From an uncultured Chthoniobacter sp. (GTDB lineage: Bacteria > Verrucomicrobiota > Verrucomicrobiia > Chthoniobacterales > UBA6821): a stretch of DNA of 64,000 nt. The notes beneath the pieces are model-generated. The model made no database searches, was not told the origin of the DNA, and saw only the letters and a program-made list of their open reading frames with translations. This document shows positions 28,168 to 37,604 of this stretch, in pieces. Positions within the stretch are counted from its first letter, which is position 1; each line of letters opens with the position of its first letter. The translations under genes and the position numbers were made by a program. The stretch is taken from assembly GCA_964402065.1 (NCBI GenBank), contig CAYOAN010000002.1, forward strand, positions 89,107 to 153,106, written 5' to 3'.

Positions 28168-29301
28168 TTAGTATGCCGTCATCGAAGGGTCAATTTTTTC
28201 AATCCAGGCCAAGATTCCCCCTTCCACATTGTAAAGCTTGGAAAATCCAGCATTCTGGAGCCACAGCACAGCTTGAGCGCTACGTCCTCCTGATCTACAA
28301 AGGAGCGCTATTTCTTGATCGTGCGGTAGCTCTTGGCAACGAGACAGTAGTTCTCCAAGAGGAATCAGTTGTGATCCCTCGATGTTTGCAATTTCGTATT
28401 CCGAAGGTTCACGTACATCGATGAGTTTGATAGAGGGGTTTTGGTGTAACTTTTGTTGTAGTTCTTCAACAGTCATTACTGGGATTGAAGGAGATTTTTG
28501 ATTCATAGAAATAGCGCAGGAAATTTTTTGTTCAATTAGTTGCGTGATCTTAGGATGAGCGCTGCAGAGGGGACAGAGGGGATTTTTCCGTAGCTGAAAT
28601 TCTCGAAAAGTCACATTAAGAGCATTCCATTGTAAGAGTCGACCGCATAGAGAGGTTCCTATTTTCAAGATCCATTTTAAGGCTTCTGTTGCTTGCAATG
28701 TGCCGATGATACCTGGTACTACTCCTAAGACGCCGGCCTCACTGCAGCTTGGAATAAGGCCTAGAGGAGGAGGCTCTGGAAAAAGACAACGATAACAAGG
28801 ACCTTGTTGATGGGCTTCAAAAAGCGTGCATTGCCCTTCAAAGCGAAAAACAGATCCATAGATCAATGGTTTCTTAAGAAAAAAAGCGAGATCATTAGTA
28901 AGGTAACGCGTAGAAAAATTATCAGAGCCATCGAGAATTACATCATAGTCGGCAGCAATTGTTGCACCATTTGTTGCGGTCAAAAAAGTATCGTATTCTT
29001 TGATTTGAATTTCAGGATTGAGCTCTAAAAGTTTTTTATGCGCACGTGATACCTTTTTTTGGCCAACATCAGCAGTGCTATAAAGAATTTGACGCTGTAA
29101 ATTTGAAATAGCGACATGATCTGGATCAACAATTCCTAATTGTCCAACTCCTGCTGCGGCAAGGTAGAGCGCGGCTGGTGAGGTGAGCCCGCCTGCGCCA
29201 ATGCAGAGAATTTTAGCAGCTTTTAATTTTGTTTGACCTTCAATACCTACTTCGGGAAGAAGAAGGTGGCGAGAATAACGATTTTTTTCTTCGGTATTCA
29301 T
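28168..29301 (-). CDS. ThiF/MoeB-type adenylyltransferase with a C-terminal rhodanese domain (MoeZ-like)
   Basis: It has RYSRHLLLPEVG, GAGGLTSPAALYLAAAGVG, CxxC pairs (CYRC, CPLC) and a C-terminal rhodanese CRSGGRS loop. The ATG at 29301-29299 overlaps the fur-family stop as ATGA. Confidence 0.85.
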   Translation of the reverse strand: MNTEEKNRYSRHLLLPEVGIEGQTKLKAAKILCIGAGGLTSPAALYLAAAGVGQLGIVDPDHVAISNLQRQILYSTADVGQKKVSRAHKKLLELNPEIQIKEYDTFLTATNGATIAADYDVILDGSDNFSTRYLTNDLAFFLKKPLIYGSVFRFEGQCTLFEAHQQGPCYRCLFPEPPPLGLIPSCSEAGVLGVVPGIIGTLQATEALKWILKIGTSLCGRLLQWNALNVTFREFQLRKNPLCPLCSAHPKITQLIEQKISCAISMNQKSPSIPVMTVEELQQKLHQNPSIKLIDVREPSEYEIANIEGSQLIPLGELLSRCQELPHDQEIALLCRSGGRSAQAVLWLQNAGFSKLYNVEGGILAWIEKIDPSMTAY

Positions 29302-29675
29302 GAAACAGCACACTTAGCGCAGGCGCCATAAAGAATAATTTCATGATCCGTAACCTGAAAATCTTTAGGAGCTAATTGATGAATGCCGCTCAAGCATTTT
29401 TCTAATTCAAAAACTCCCTGGCATACGTTACAGCAAAAATGATGATGGTGTCCTTTATGAGCTTCTTCATAATGAAGAGGCTGTCCCGGAAGCTCTACAG
29501 CCTTGATGCTCCCTTCTTCTAACAGTGATTTAAGCGTACGATAAACAGTTGCAATTCCGAGAGAGGGAACTGTTTTAAGAGCTAGGTGATGAATTTCCTC
29601 AATCGTGATTGGCTGATGTTTTTTTTTCAGCACAGAAGTAATGGCTTCTTTTTGTTTAGTCCTGCGAGGAGTCAT
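29298..29675 (-). CDS. Fur family transcriptional regulator (Zur/PerR-like, short form)
   Basis: It has a winged-helix N-terminus (ATVYRTLKSL) and metal sites HKGHHHHFCCNVC...CAKC. Confidence 0.85.
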   Translation of the reverse strand: MTPRRTKQKEAITSVLKKKHQPITIEEIHHLALKTVPSLGIATVYRTLKSLLEEGSIKAVELPGQPLHYEEAHKGHHHHFCCNVCQGVFELEKCLSGIHQLAPKDFQVTDHEIILYGACAKCAVS

Positions 29676-29915
29676 GCCGGTAGATTAGCAGGTTGTTATT
29701 GAGATATCACCGTGAAATTTTAACTTTTAATATGAAAAAAGAGAATTGCTCTCGGTGTCTCTCAATTTTTAACGCATTAAAAAGTATGAACTTAAATGAA
29801 AGCCAAAATAAAAACTCAAAAGCTACTATTTTTTTCTTTTGTATGAAGTTGGATCGAAAAGTCTAAGCAAGCGAGGGAGAGAAACCTCCAGGGTCTTCAA
29901 AAAAGCAGCAACATC

Positions 29916-30887
29916 TTAATAACAAGAAGAGCTGAACCCCAATTTTTCAATCGCTCTACGATGCGGTGAAGGAATGGCAAGGTTTTTCAATTCGTTGCTA
30001 GAAAAGGGATGAAGATTTTTTGGAAGCGTTTCTGTTTCTCGATAGAGCTTCATGGTGATGCGATAGCGAGTGATGGGGTAGGTGATAGAAGTTACGTATT
30101 TTTTGTGTGACAGAACAGAAGTGGAGAGAGGCAAGATCCAGAGGCCCTTCCAGTGAGGTCCTGTTGATTGTTCTAAATAGATACAGTCCTTTTGTTGATA
30201 GAAAATGCGGGACTCCTTTTTTTTGGTGATTGTTGGTTTTGGCTTTTTTCTAGGGAGAGTTGCAGGGGTTTCTGCCAGGCAATGTTGAGCAAGTGGACAA
30301 AGATGGCACTGAGGATTAGCGGCCGTGCAAATCATCGATCCGAGATCCATCAATGCAGAAGCAAAGGCATACCCCCCTTTTTTAGGAAGAATTTTTTGGA
30401 GAGCTAAGACAATGGTTTCTTTTCCTTTTTTAGAGTCAATGGGTTCAGTGATATTGTGCAGACGAGCAATAACACGCATGATATTGGTATCAAGAACGGG
30501 GGCCGGTTGGTCAAAAGCAAAAGCAAGAAGTGCTGTTGCTGTGTAAGGCCCAATGCCAGGAAGATCCAATAAAGCAGGAAGTTCTTGAGGGATTTTTCCT
30601 TGATGTTTGTTCATGATGGCCTGCGCTGCTTGATGCAGTCGGCGTGCCCTAGCGTAGTAACCAAGGCCTTGCCATGCTGCTAAAACTTCAGTCTCAGAAG
30701 CTATGGCAAGATGTTCTAAAGTAGGAAAACGTTTCATCCATTCTCTAAAGCGAGGAGTAATGGTTGCAACGGTAGTTTGTTGCAACATGAACTCCGAAAC
30801 CAAGACGTCATAAGGCGTTGGAGATTGGCGCCACGGCAAGTCGTGACGGCCGTTTTTCCTGAACCAGGTGAGAAGCGTGTGTTGCAT
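29916..30887 (-). CDS. mutY: A/G-specific adenine DNA glycosylase
   Basis: It has LPWRQSPTPYDVLVSEFMLQQTTV, the HhH GIGPYTA and the Fe-S cluster CTAANPQCHLCPLAQHC. The ATG at 30887 is preferred over the hydrophobic upstream extension to 31004. Confidence 0.88.
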   Translation of the reverse strand: MQHTLLTWFRKNGRHDLPWRQSPTPYDVLVSEFMLQQTTVATITPRFREWMKRFPTLEHLAIASETEVLAAWQGLGYYARARRLHQAAQAIMNKHQGKIPQELPALLDLPGIGPYTATALLAFAFDQPAPVLDTNIMRVIARLHNITEPIDSKKGKETIVLALQKILPKKGGYAFASALMDLGSMICTAANPQCHLCPLAQHCLAETPATLPRKKPKPTITKKKESRIFYQQKDCIYLEQSTGPHWKGLWILPLSTSVLSHKKYVTSITYPITRYRITMKLYRETETLPKNLHPFSSNELKNLAIPSPHRRAIEKLGFSSSCY

Positions 30888-30986
30888 GATAGAATAGTAA
30901 GCGCAAAAGAAGATAAAGAGCGCAAAAAATGAAAGAGAATTAAAAATTTTCTGTAGCCTCCAGCAGCGAGACAGTAGGCTCTTCTT

Positions 30987-31889
30987 ATGGCACTTCACTC
31001 TCATACTATCTTACTTACTTTGGCACAAGCTGAGAAGCTTCGTGGTATTTTACAGGAGCGTGGGTTTGATTTTGAAAACAAACCTTATACGCTATTTGCA
31101 GCCAAGAGAGATCGGCTCAATATTGCTGTTTATGAAAAAGGACCCAAGCTGCTCTTGCAGGGACGCGGAATTGAAGATTTTATTACCTTTATTTTAGAAC
31201 CTGAGGTGACGGGGCAAGCCTTGCTTGGATATGAAGAGGTGAGTGCTCCGCATCAGTTTACGCCTCACTTTGGCGTTGATGAGAGTGGTAAGGGCGATTT
31301 TTTTGGTCCTCTAGTCATTGCTGGGGTTTACACTGATGAACGACTCGCTAAAAAATTTAAGGATCTCGGCATTCGAGATAGCAAAGGTATTGGAAGTGAC
31401 AAAAAAATTCGTGAACTTGCAGCTGCTATTAAAAATTCAAAAGCACCCTGGGATCGTATTGTTATTACGCCTCAAAAATATAACCAGCTCTATCAAAAAA
31501 TCGGCAACCTTAATACGCTTCTGGCTTGGGGACATGCACGGGTTTTAGAAAATCTTTGTATCAAAGTCCCTAGTTGTCCAAGAGCGCTTTCGGATAAATT
31601 TGCGAATGAGCGGGTCTTATTGCGAGCCTTGTTAGAAAAAGGAAAGCAGCTTCAAATGGAGCAGCGAACTAAAGCAGAGTCAGACTATGCTGTTGCAGCA
31701 GCTTCTATCCTTGCTCGTGAAGGATTTGTCGACTGGCTTGAATACCGAGGAAAAGAACTTAATGTTGTTCTTTCAAAAGGAGTTTCAACAAAGGTTAAAA
31801 CAACGGCCAGTGAGTTAGTAAAAATTCATGGAACGACAATCTTACCAACGATTGCCAAAATGCATTTTAAGACAGCTTCTGAAATTTGA
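30987..31889 (+). CDS. rnhC: Ribonuclease HIII
   Basis: An N-terminal TBP-like domain (FAAKRDRLNIAVYEKGPKLLLQG) is followed by an RNase H fold (GVDESGKGDFFGPLVIA). Confidence 0.85.
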   Translation: MALHSHTILLTLAQAEKLRGILQERGFDFENKPYTLFAAKRDRLNIAVYEKGPKLLLQGRGIEDFITFILEPEVTGQALLGYEEVSAPHQFTPHFGVDESGKGDFFGPLVIAGVYTDERLAKKFKDLGIRDSKGIGSDKKIRELAAAIKNSKAPWDRIVITPQKYNQLYQKIGNLNTLLAWGHARVLENLCIKVPSCPRALSDKFANERVLLRALLEKGKQLQMEQRTKAESDYAVAAASILAREGFVDWLEYRGKELNVVLSKGVSTKVKTTASELVKIHGTTILPTIAKMHFKTASEI

Positions 31890-31900
31890 ACTCTTTTCAA

Positions 31901-32042
31901 TTTAGAGCGTTTTAAAAATATTATAGCTGATGTAGTGCCAGGAACGAGAAGCGCAGCAACGCAGTGTATATCTCATACGCGAGGTTTCGAGCGCCGGAGT
32001 GAGGCCGCAATAGACGGCTATAAAATTTTTAACATGCTCTAA
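31901..32042. mobile_element. MITE-like palindromic repeat, family B, full copy
   Basis: The terminal inverted repeats are tttagagcgttttaaaaatattatagc and gctataaaatttttaacatgctctaa. One arm recurs at 56868-56921, about 47 of 54 nt identical by my hand alignment. Confidence 0.5.
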
Positions 32043-32067
32043 TACGCTAGATCGTCAGCAGAGCTGC

Positions 32068-32829
32068 TCATTCATACTCGGTAAGATTCCAAATATCTTC
32101 CAAGGCTTGTAGACCATCACTCAAGATTCCAAAACGAGAGTGACCTCCATCAATCCATTCTACGGGAGCTTCGGCGATGTGATAGCCAAAATTTTTTGCG
32201 ATTAAAAGGACTTCTACATCAAAAGCAAAGCCATTGATCATAGAGTAAGAAAAAATAATTTTAGCGACATCACGCCGAAATAATTTGCACCCACATTGCG
32301 TGTCATGAAATAGCGTTAAGCGTTGAGAGCGTAAGAAAAAATTAAAGGCATGACTTAAAAAGCGGCGATGCCACGGTTGCGGATGGATGATCTTGCTCTG
32401 GGGATGTCGACGATTTCCAATTAAGATGTCGTAAGAAGGGGTGGCTTGAAATTGTTCTAATAATTGAGCAATACAATGCGGAGGGACGCTCAAGTCTGCA
32501 TCAATAAAAAGAATGATTTCACCCTGAGCTTGTTCAACGCCATAACGAACAGCGCGTCCTTTTCCTCGTCCATGCGTATCAATAATTGGTTTAATGCGAG
32601 GATCTCTTTCTGCCAATTCACATACCAAAGAACTTGTTGCATCCGTTCCTTGAATAATGGGAATGATTTCTAGTGAATCATGTCGAAAAAAATCTTGAAG
32701 TCGCTTGATCGTCTGTGGCAAACGCTGCTCTTCGTTTCTAGCTGGAATAAGGATGGAGAAGAAGGGAGGGTGAGTAACAGAAGAAAAGTTTTGGTCCATA
32801 CCTTGTATTTGCTTAAAAAGTGGTATCAC
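32068..32829 (-). CDS. Family 2 glycosyltransferase (dolichyl-phosphate beta-glucosyltransferase-like)
   Basis: It has FSILIPARNEE, ILFIDADLS and QCGCKLF motifs. It starts 1 nt after the ABC ATPase gene stop. Confidence 0.8.
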   Translation of the reverse strand: MIPLFKQIQGMDQNFSSVTHPPFFSILIPARNEEQRLPQTIKRLQDFFRHDSLEIIPIIQGTDATSSLVCELAERDPRIKPIIDTHGRGKGRAVRYGVEQAQGEIILFIDADLSVPPHCIAQLLEQFQATPSYDILIGNRRHPQSKIIHPQPWHRRFLSHAFNFFLRSQRLTLFHDTQCGCKLFRRDVAKIIFSYSMINGFAFDVEVLLIAKNFGYHIAEAPVEWIDGGHSRFGILSDGLQALEDIWNLTEYE

Positions 32830-32830
32830 C

Positions 32831-33667
32831 TTACATCGAGTTGATAGTGGGGAGTCGCTTCAGTTTTTTTTCAAGAGTTGGAATACAGGCGAGCAACGCT
32901 TTGGTGTAGGGGTGTTGAGGAGTTTGTAACACTTTTTCTGTGGGGCCTTGTTCTACAATGGTGCCATGTTGCATGACAGCAACTTGGTTGGCGAGATCTC
33001 GGACAATTGCAAGATGGTGAGTAATCAAGATCATGGTCATTCCAAGTTCTTTTTTTAACTCACGCAATAATGTCAAAATTTGTGCTTGAATCGTGACATC
33101 CAGAGCGGTTGTTGGTTCATCTGCAATCAAAAGATCTGGTTTAGCGGAAAGAGCCATTGCAATCATGACGCGCTGTTGCATGCCTCCACTCAATTGGTGA
33201 GGATACGCTCTGAGGCGATCTTTGGGATGCGTGATTCCAACCATGTCTAGCCAGTGAATAATTTCATCATCGAAGTCTTGTACATCTGGACGATGAAGTT
33301 GCAACATCTCCCTCATTTGATTTCGAATCGTATAAACTGGATTCAGGGATGTTGAGGCTTCTTGAAACACATAAGCAATCCGACCGCCGCGATATTTTTG
33401 TAATTCCTTTTCAGAAAGTGCTAATAAGTTTTTTCCTTCAAAGCGAATCGTCCCTCCTTGATAAACTGCAGGTGGAGAAGAGAGAAGGCGTGTGATAGCA
33501 AGAGCAGTAGCGCTTTTTCCACTGCCGCTTTCCCCAACAAGGGCCAATATGTCGCCATGTTGTAAACAGAAAGAGACATTTCGCACTGCAGGAACAATGT
33601 GTCCTTCCGTTGAAAATCCAATATTGAGATTTTCAACTTCTAAAAGTGGCGAAGAAGATAATTGCAT
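32831..33667 (-). CDS. Peptide ABC transporter ATP-binding protein (DppD/OppD-like)
   Basis: Walker A GESGSGKS, signature LSGGMQQR and Walker [13 protein letters not shown] are present. The ATG at 33667 was chosen. Confidence 0.88.
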   Translation of the reverse strand: MQLSSSPLLEVENLNIGFSTEGHIVPAVRNVSFCLQHGDILALVGESGSGKSATALAITRLLSSPPAVYQGGTIRFEGKNLLALSEKELQKYRGGRIAYVFQEASTSLNPVYTIRNQMREMLQLHRPDVQDFDDEIIHWLDMVGITHPKDRLRAYPHQLSGGMQQRVMIAMALSAKPDLLIADEPTTALDVTIQAQILTLLRELKKELGMTMILITHHLAIVRDLANQVAVMQHGTIVEQGPTEKVLQTPQHPYTKALLACIPTLEKKLKRLPTINSM

Positions 33668-33674
33668 GAGATTT

Positions 33675-34544
33675 TTATTTTTCTCCCGCTTCTCGCAAAG
33701 AATCACCGACGAGATAGAAAGCAAGAGCCGTGAAAAAGATGGCAAAGCCTGGAAATAAAATCAACCACCAGGCTTCAAGGAGATAAGTTTTTCCGTCAGC
33801 AATAATATTTCCCCAGGTTGCTTGAGGGGGTTGAACTCCAAAACCAAGAAAACTCAAACCTGCCTCAGCTAAGATTGCCTCAGGGATTCCTAAAACAGCG
33901 GTAATCAAAATGACACCTATCGCATTAGGAAGAATGTGTCGTAGAATAATCGTAGAAGATTTTAGACCAAGAACTCGAGCGGCCTGAATATATGTGGTTT
34001 CTCGCAGAGTGAGGAATTCTCCGCGAACCAGGCGCGCTGTTCCTGTCCAGCTTACAAGGCCAATAACAGCCACAATATTAAAGAGGCTTGGACCAAGCAG
34101 AGCAACAGCTGTTAAAATGAGAAAAAAAGTTGGAAAGCAGAGAAAGGCATCGACAAGTCGCATGAGACATTGGTCCACTTTTCCTCCGAAATATCCTGCG
34201 ATCGATCCAATAACAATACCAATTGAAAGCGAAACAATGACAGCAGTGAACCCAACTGTTAGTGAAATTGGGGCTCCATGAAGCATTCGCGAAAAAACAT
34301 CGCGGCCTAAATGATCTGTTCCTAACCAATGAAGGCGGCTAGGTGGAAGTAGTTTTTGAGCAAGGTTGGTAGTATTAGGATTCATCGGCCACGGCAGTCC
34401 AAGCCGGCTGAAAAAAAGCGTTATAACTGCAAGAATTATTAAAAAAAGAATGACGCCAAGTGCGCAGAGAGCGATTTTATTTTTATAAAAACGCTTCCAA
34501 AGGCGCAACGAAGGAGATTCAAAAATAAATTGATTCATGTTCAC
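33675..34544 (-). CDS. Peptide ABC transporter permease (DppC/OppC-like)
   Basis: It has the BPD transporter EAA-type loop (YIQAARVLGLKSSTIILRHILPNA) and multiple TM segments. Confidence 0.88.
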   Translation of the reverse strand: MNMNQFIFESPSLRLWKRFYKNKIALCALGVILFLIILAVITLFFSRLGLPWPMNPNTTNLAQKLLPPSRLHWLGTDHLGRDVFSRMLHGAPISLTVGFTAVIVSLSIGIVIGSIAGYFGGKVDQCLMRLVDAFLCFPTFFLILTAVALLGPSLFNIVAVIGLVSWTGTARLVRGEFLTLRETTYIQAARVLGLKSSTIILRHILPNAIGVILITAVLGIPEAILAEAGLSFLGFGVQPPQATWGNIIADGKTYLLEAWWLILFPGFAIFFTALAFYLVGDSLREAGEK

Positions 34545-35503
34545 TCAAGTCTAACTCGCGGGTCTACTAAGGCGTAGAGTAGGTCGGAGAAAAGATTTCC
34601 TAAAAGAACCAACGTGGCAACGATCATATTCAGAGTGATTAAAATGGGGTAGTCTCGTTCGAGGACAGCTTGGTATCCCAGTTGTCCCATTCCAGGATAA
34701 GCAAAGATTGTTTCGATAATGACGGAGCCGCTAATGAGGCTTGGAAGGAGCATTCCAAGCCCAGTGATCAGAGGACGAAGAGAATTTCGAAGCGCGTGTT
34801 GATAAAGAACAACTGTAGGGGAGAGGCCTTTGGCGCGTGCAGTAAGAATGTAATTTTCTTGTAATGTTTCGATCATGCTGGAGCGAAGATAGCGTGATTG
34901 AGTAGCAATGCCAGCAAGGGAGAGGACAATCGCAGGCAACATTAAGTGCCATAGTCGATCAAGCCACAAAGTAAGATGATTCGGAAAATCAATGCCGTAA
35001 CTTTGAGTTCCTAAAATGGGAATGCCACTATATTTAATAAGTGTGAGGATGAGTAAATAGGAAATCCAAAATCCTGGCAGTGCAATGAAAAGAAATGAAA
35101 ATAAGGAAAGCAACATGGCTTGCCAGTTTTTCCGATAGAGCGCGCTGTAGAGCCCAAGCAATGTGCCAAAGGAGAGCGAAAAAAGAATCGCTGTTATGTT
35201 TAATGACAAGGTAGCAGGAAGACGAGCTGTGATTTTTTTCATGACAGGAAGATCATCCTTCATGCTTCGCAGTTCTCCCGTGAAAAGATCATGCAGCATC
35301 ATTTTGTACTGTTGGTGCAGGGGGAGATCGAGGTGAAATTTTTTGCGAAAGGCGGCCTTCACCTCCGGAGAAATTTTAGGATTCATTTCACCCCAGGGGT
35401 AAGGACTTCCTGGTGTGAGAGTCATGATGAAAAATGAAATAAAGCTAATGAGAAAAAGCAAAACAATACTGAGACCAAGTCGGCGCAGAATAAAGGCGAG
35501 CAT
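34541..35503 (-). CDS. Peptide ABC transporter permease (DppB/OppB-like)
   Basis: MLAFILRRLGLSIVLLFLISFISFF..., YILTARAKGLS. It overlaps the next permease gene by 4 nt. Confidence 0.88.
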   Translation of the reverse strand: MLAFILRRLGLSIVLLFLISFISFFIMTLTPGSPYPWGEMNPKISPEVKAAFRKKFHLDLPLHQQYKMMLHDLFTGELRSMKDDLPVMKKITARLPATLSLNITAILFSLSFGTLLGLYSALYRKNWQAMLLSLFSFLFIALPGFWISYLLILTLIKYSGIPILGTQSYGIDFPNHLTLWLDRLWHLMLPAIVLSLAGIATQSRYLRSSMIETLQENYILTARAKGLSPTVVLYQHALRNSLRPLITGLGMLLPSLISGSVIIETIFAYPGMGQLGYQAVLERDYPILITLNMIVATLVLLGNLFSDLLYALVDPRVRLE

Positions 35504-35546
35504 CGCGGCAGGTTATAGGCTAGAGATTTTAGGTTACAGGAAAAAA
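35504..35546 (-). promoter_or_regulatory. Phased heptad leader element abutting the permease ATG
   Basis: The minus strand reads TTTTTTC CTGTAAC CTAAAAT CTCTAGC CTATAAC CTGCCGC G ATG. Confidence 0.4.
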
Positions 35547-35611
35547 TACAGGACTAATTTCTATGTTAAAAAAGCATTGTCACTTAGTAAAAATTCCATA
35601 ACATACCGGCC

Positions 35612-37108
35612 ATGGACATTCCTGCTCCAACAATCTCTTCGTTCTCACTCGAAACTTTCGAAAGCTTTATTAAGGACAATCCTGGTGCTACCAATATCGG
35701 TATTTCTGAAGGCCGCATTGTGGAAAGAAATCCTGCAGAAGATCCAGATCAGGTCAGAACAAAAGAAGCTTTTCAACAGGCTCTAGTCGAGAAATATCCA
35801 GATCAAGCAGCGCTCGTTGAGGCAGCTTTTCATGATTTACAAGTTTCAGGAAAAACCTGGAGTGCTCATACCATTAAACAAGTCATCAAGCAAGCAGCAG
35901 AAAATGAAGATAGCTCAGTTTTGAGAGAGGGTGTTAATAGTGACCAAGAAACTTCTCAAGAAAACATTAATCAACTTGCCAGGGCGATTAACGATTATGC
36001 TGATAAAATTGTCGAGCAACTTTCTCCTGAAGAGCAAGGTGCGTTGCAAGAGCAATTGGCAGCTTCCAGTTTGGCGATTGGCGGGGCTGGGTTCGTTGGA
36101 CTAGTAGCTAATCTTTCTACTCCGGAAGCTAATGCTGCGCTAGCGCATCTTATCACAACAATTAGCGCTTCTTTACCCCAAGGCGCAGCTCTTCCAATGA
36201 TGGGAGCGGCCGCTCCATCGGCCCTTGCAACTGGACATGCCGTTGCAGCAAGTCTTCCTGCAACTCATCTTGCAGCCGCCGCCGCTCTCATGGGTAGTGC
36301 TACGACTGTTACTGCTTCTGCTGTTGCCGTGGAGGCGAGTATTGCTGCTGCTGCGCCTGCTATAGCTACATTTATTATTGCAGGAGCTGTTGCTCATCGT
36401 CTTTGGCTCGTGGCACGAAGAGTTCAGATACAAGCTACAGCAGCAGAACATCGTATGAGGCATCTTGAAAATGAAATCATGATGATTACAACGGGTATGA
36501 TTGGCGCTGCCTGTGCTACTATTCCTCCTGCTCAACATGCTTTATTAATAGGTGCCATCATTGGTGGCATGGCAGGACAAAATTTTCTTGATGAAGGTCT
36601 CCTACATAATGCATTCCATACTATCCGAGATGGTGCATTAGGTGCTTATTTATGGGCTCACCCTGAAGTCACTGTTGCTATTGGCCGTGCTTTGAAAACG
36701 TTCTTGTTTTCCGTTGGTAAGGCTGTTGCTTCTGCGTCAGGTGTTTCAAGTGTTGCTAATCCAGTCTCTGCGACAACAACAGTAGGAATAGCTGCGGCAA
36801 CCACCACTACTACCGCGGCAGCAGTCACAACAACAGCAACGGCTGGTGCTGCTTCATCAACTTCAACTGTAGGCTCGACAACGGCTGCACATGTTGCTTC
36901 AACATCTTTCTTGCCTCATTACATTACAGCAATGGTGCCTCATGGTTTGAGCTCCGCGACAGCTACTGTTACCGCTGTTATTGCTGCACATCCGATAGCA
37001 GCTACTGCTATCATCGTTGGGGGAGCCTGTGCTTTAGCTTATCAATATACTTCAGGTTCTTCGAGTTCTACCACTTCTGCTAATACTTCCGAGGATTCAA
37101 CCGCATAA
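35612..37108 (+). CDS. Ala/Thr-rich membrane protein with bilobed hydrophobic domains (Inc-like candidate)
   Basis: 498 aa. About 150 hydrophilic N-terminal residues are followed by several hydrophobic stretches, including ITTGMIGAACATIPPAQHALLIGAIIGGMAG. The tail is Thr/Ala/Ser-rich and low-complexity. Confidence 0.6.
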   Translation: MDIPAPTISSFSLETFESFIKDNPGATNIGISEGRIVERNPAEDPDQVRTKEAFQQALVEKYPDQAALVEAAFHDLQVSGKTWSAHTIKQVIKQAAENEDSSVLREGVNSDQETSQENINQLARAINDYADKIVEQLSPEEQGALQEQLAASSLAIGGAGFVGLVANLSTPEANAALAHLITTISASLPQGAALPMMGAAAPSALATGHAVAASLPATHLAAAAALMGSATTVTASAVAVEASIAAAAPAIATFIIAGAVAHRLWLVARRVQIQATAAEHRMRHLENEIMMITTGMIGAACATIPPAQHALLIGAIIGGMAGQNFLDEGLLHNAFHTIRDGALGAYLWAHPEVTVAIGRALKTFLFSVGKAVASASGVSSVANPVSATTTVGIAAATTTTTAAAVTTTATAGAASSTSTVGSTTAAHVASTSFLPHYITAMVPHGLSSATATVTAVIAAHPIAATAIIVGGACALAYQYTSGSSSSTTSANTSEDSTA

Positions 37109-37113
37109 CCAAT

Positions 37114-37527
37114 ATGAGCACTACCTTCCCTGCATTATCAAAAAATTCAAAACCTCAAGAAATTCAAAATTTTCTCAATGCTGTGGCTCTTGATCTGCAG
37201 CAAAAGAGCCAGGCTCAATTTCACGAGATTACTCAAAAAGAGAACCCTCTTGATGCGACCGTTGGAGCAACTGATGAGCTGATTAATTCTCTTTTTCAAA
37301 AAATATCCACAGAATCATTAGAGCAAGTTGGAATATATTTGATGAGTCATCCTGATGCAATCATTACGGCTACTACAGTAGCGGTTGGAGTTCCTCCAAA
37401 TCCTGTTTCTGTTGGAGTTCTTGGATTGATGATGCTAGCAATGAGCAGCACAACAGCTTCTAATATGGCTGCAGCAGCTTCTAAAAACTTAGAAGAGTTT
37501 ATCAAAACAAATTCGAAGGTTGATTAG
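37114..37527 (+). CDS. Small protein with one bilobed hydrophobic domain (Inc-like candidate)
   Basis: 137 aa. AIITATTVAVGVPPNPVSVGVLGLMMLAM gives two hydrophobic lobes split by PPNP. It starts 5 nt after the preceding gene. Confidence 0.55.
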   Translation: MSTTFPALSKNSKPQEIQNFLNAVALDLQQKSQAQFHEITQKENPLDATVGATDELINSLFQKISTESLEQVGIYLMSHPDAIITATTVAVGVPPNPVSVGVLGLMMLAMSSTTASNMAAAASKNLEEFIKTNSKVD

Positions 37528-37604
37528 GTATACTCCGATCCCTTTTGCTGGGCGCCCTTGTCATTTATCAGGCACAGTAATCAAGAGCGCCGATGTTAGA
37601 ATTA

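Noticed and set aside
28141-28170. A ttatccattt string checked as a possible DnaA box or origin signal.
   Set aside because: It does not match TTATCCACA, stands alone, and has no dnaA or dnaN context.
29676-29915. A search for a Fur/Zur box upstream of the fur-family gene (for example ttattgagatatca).
   Set aside because: I found no convincing 7-1-7 or 9-1-9 palindrome, only weak partial symmetry.
30888-31004. The upstream extension of mutY, which would make it overlap the rnhC start.
   Set aside because: The extension encodes a hydrophobic, Cys/Phe-rich peptide not found in MutY. The ATG at 30887 gives the canonical N-terminus and leaves a 99-bp divergent promoter region.
36173-36538. A 121-aa antisense ORF inside the Ala/Thr-rich gene.
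   Set aside because: GC-rich Ala codon runs (GCN) generate long open antisense frames. The Ser/Cys/Arg-rich product is typical of that artefact.
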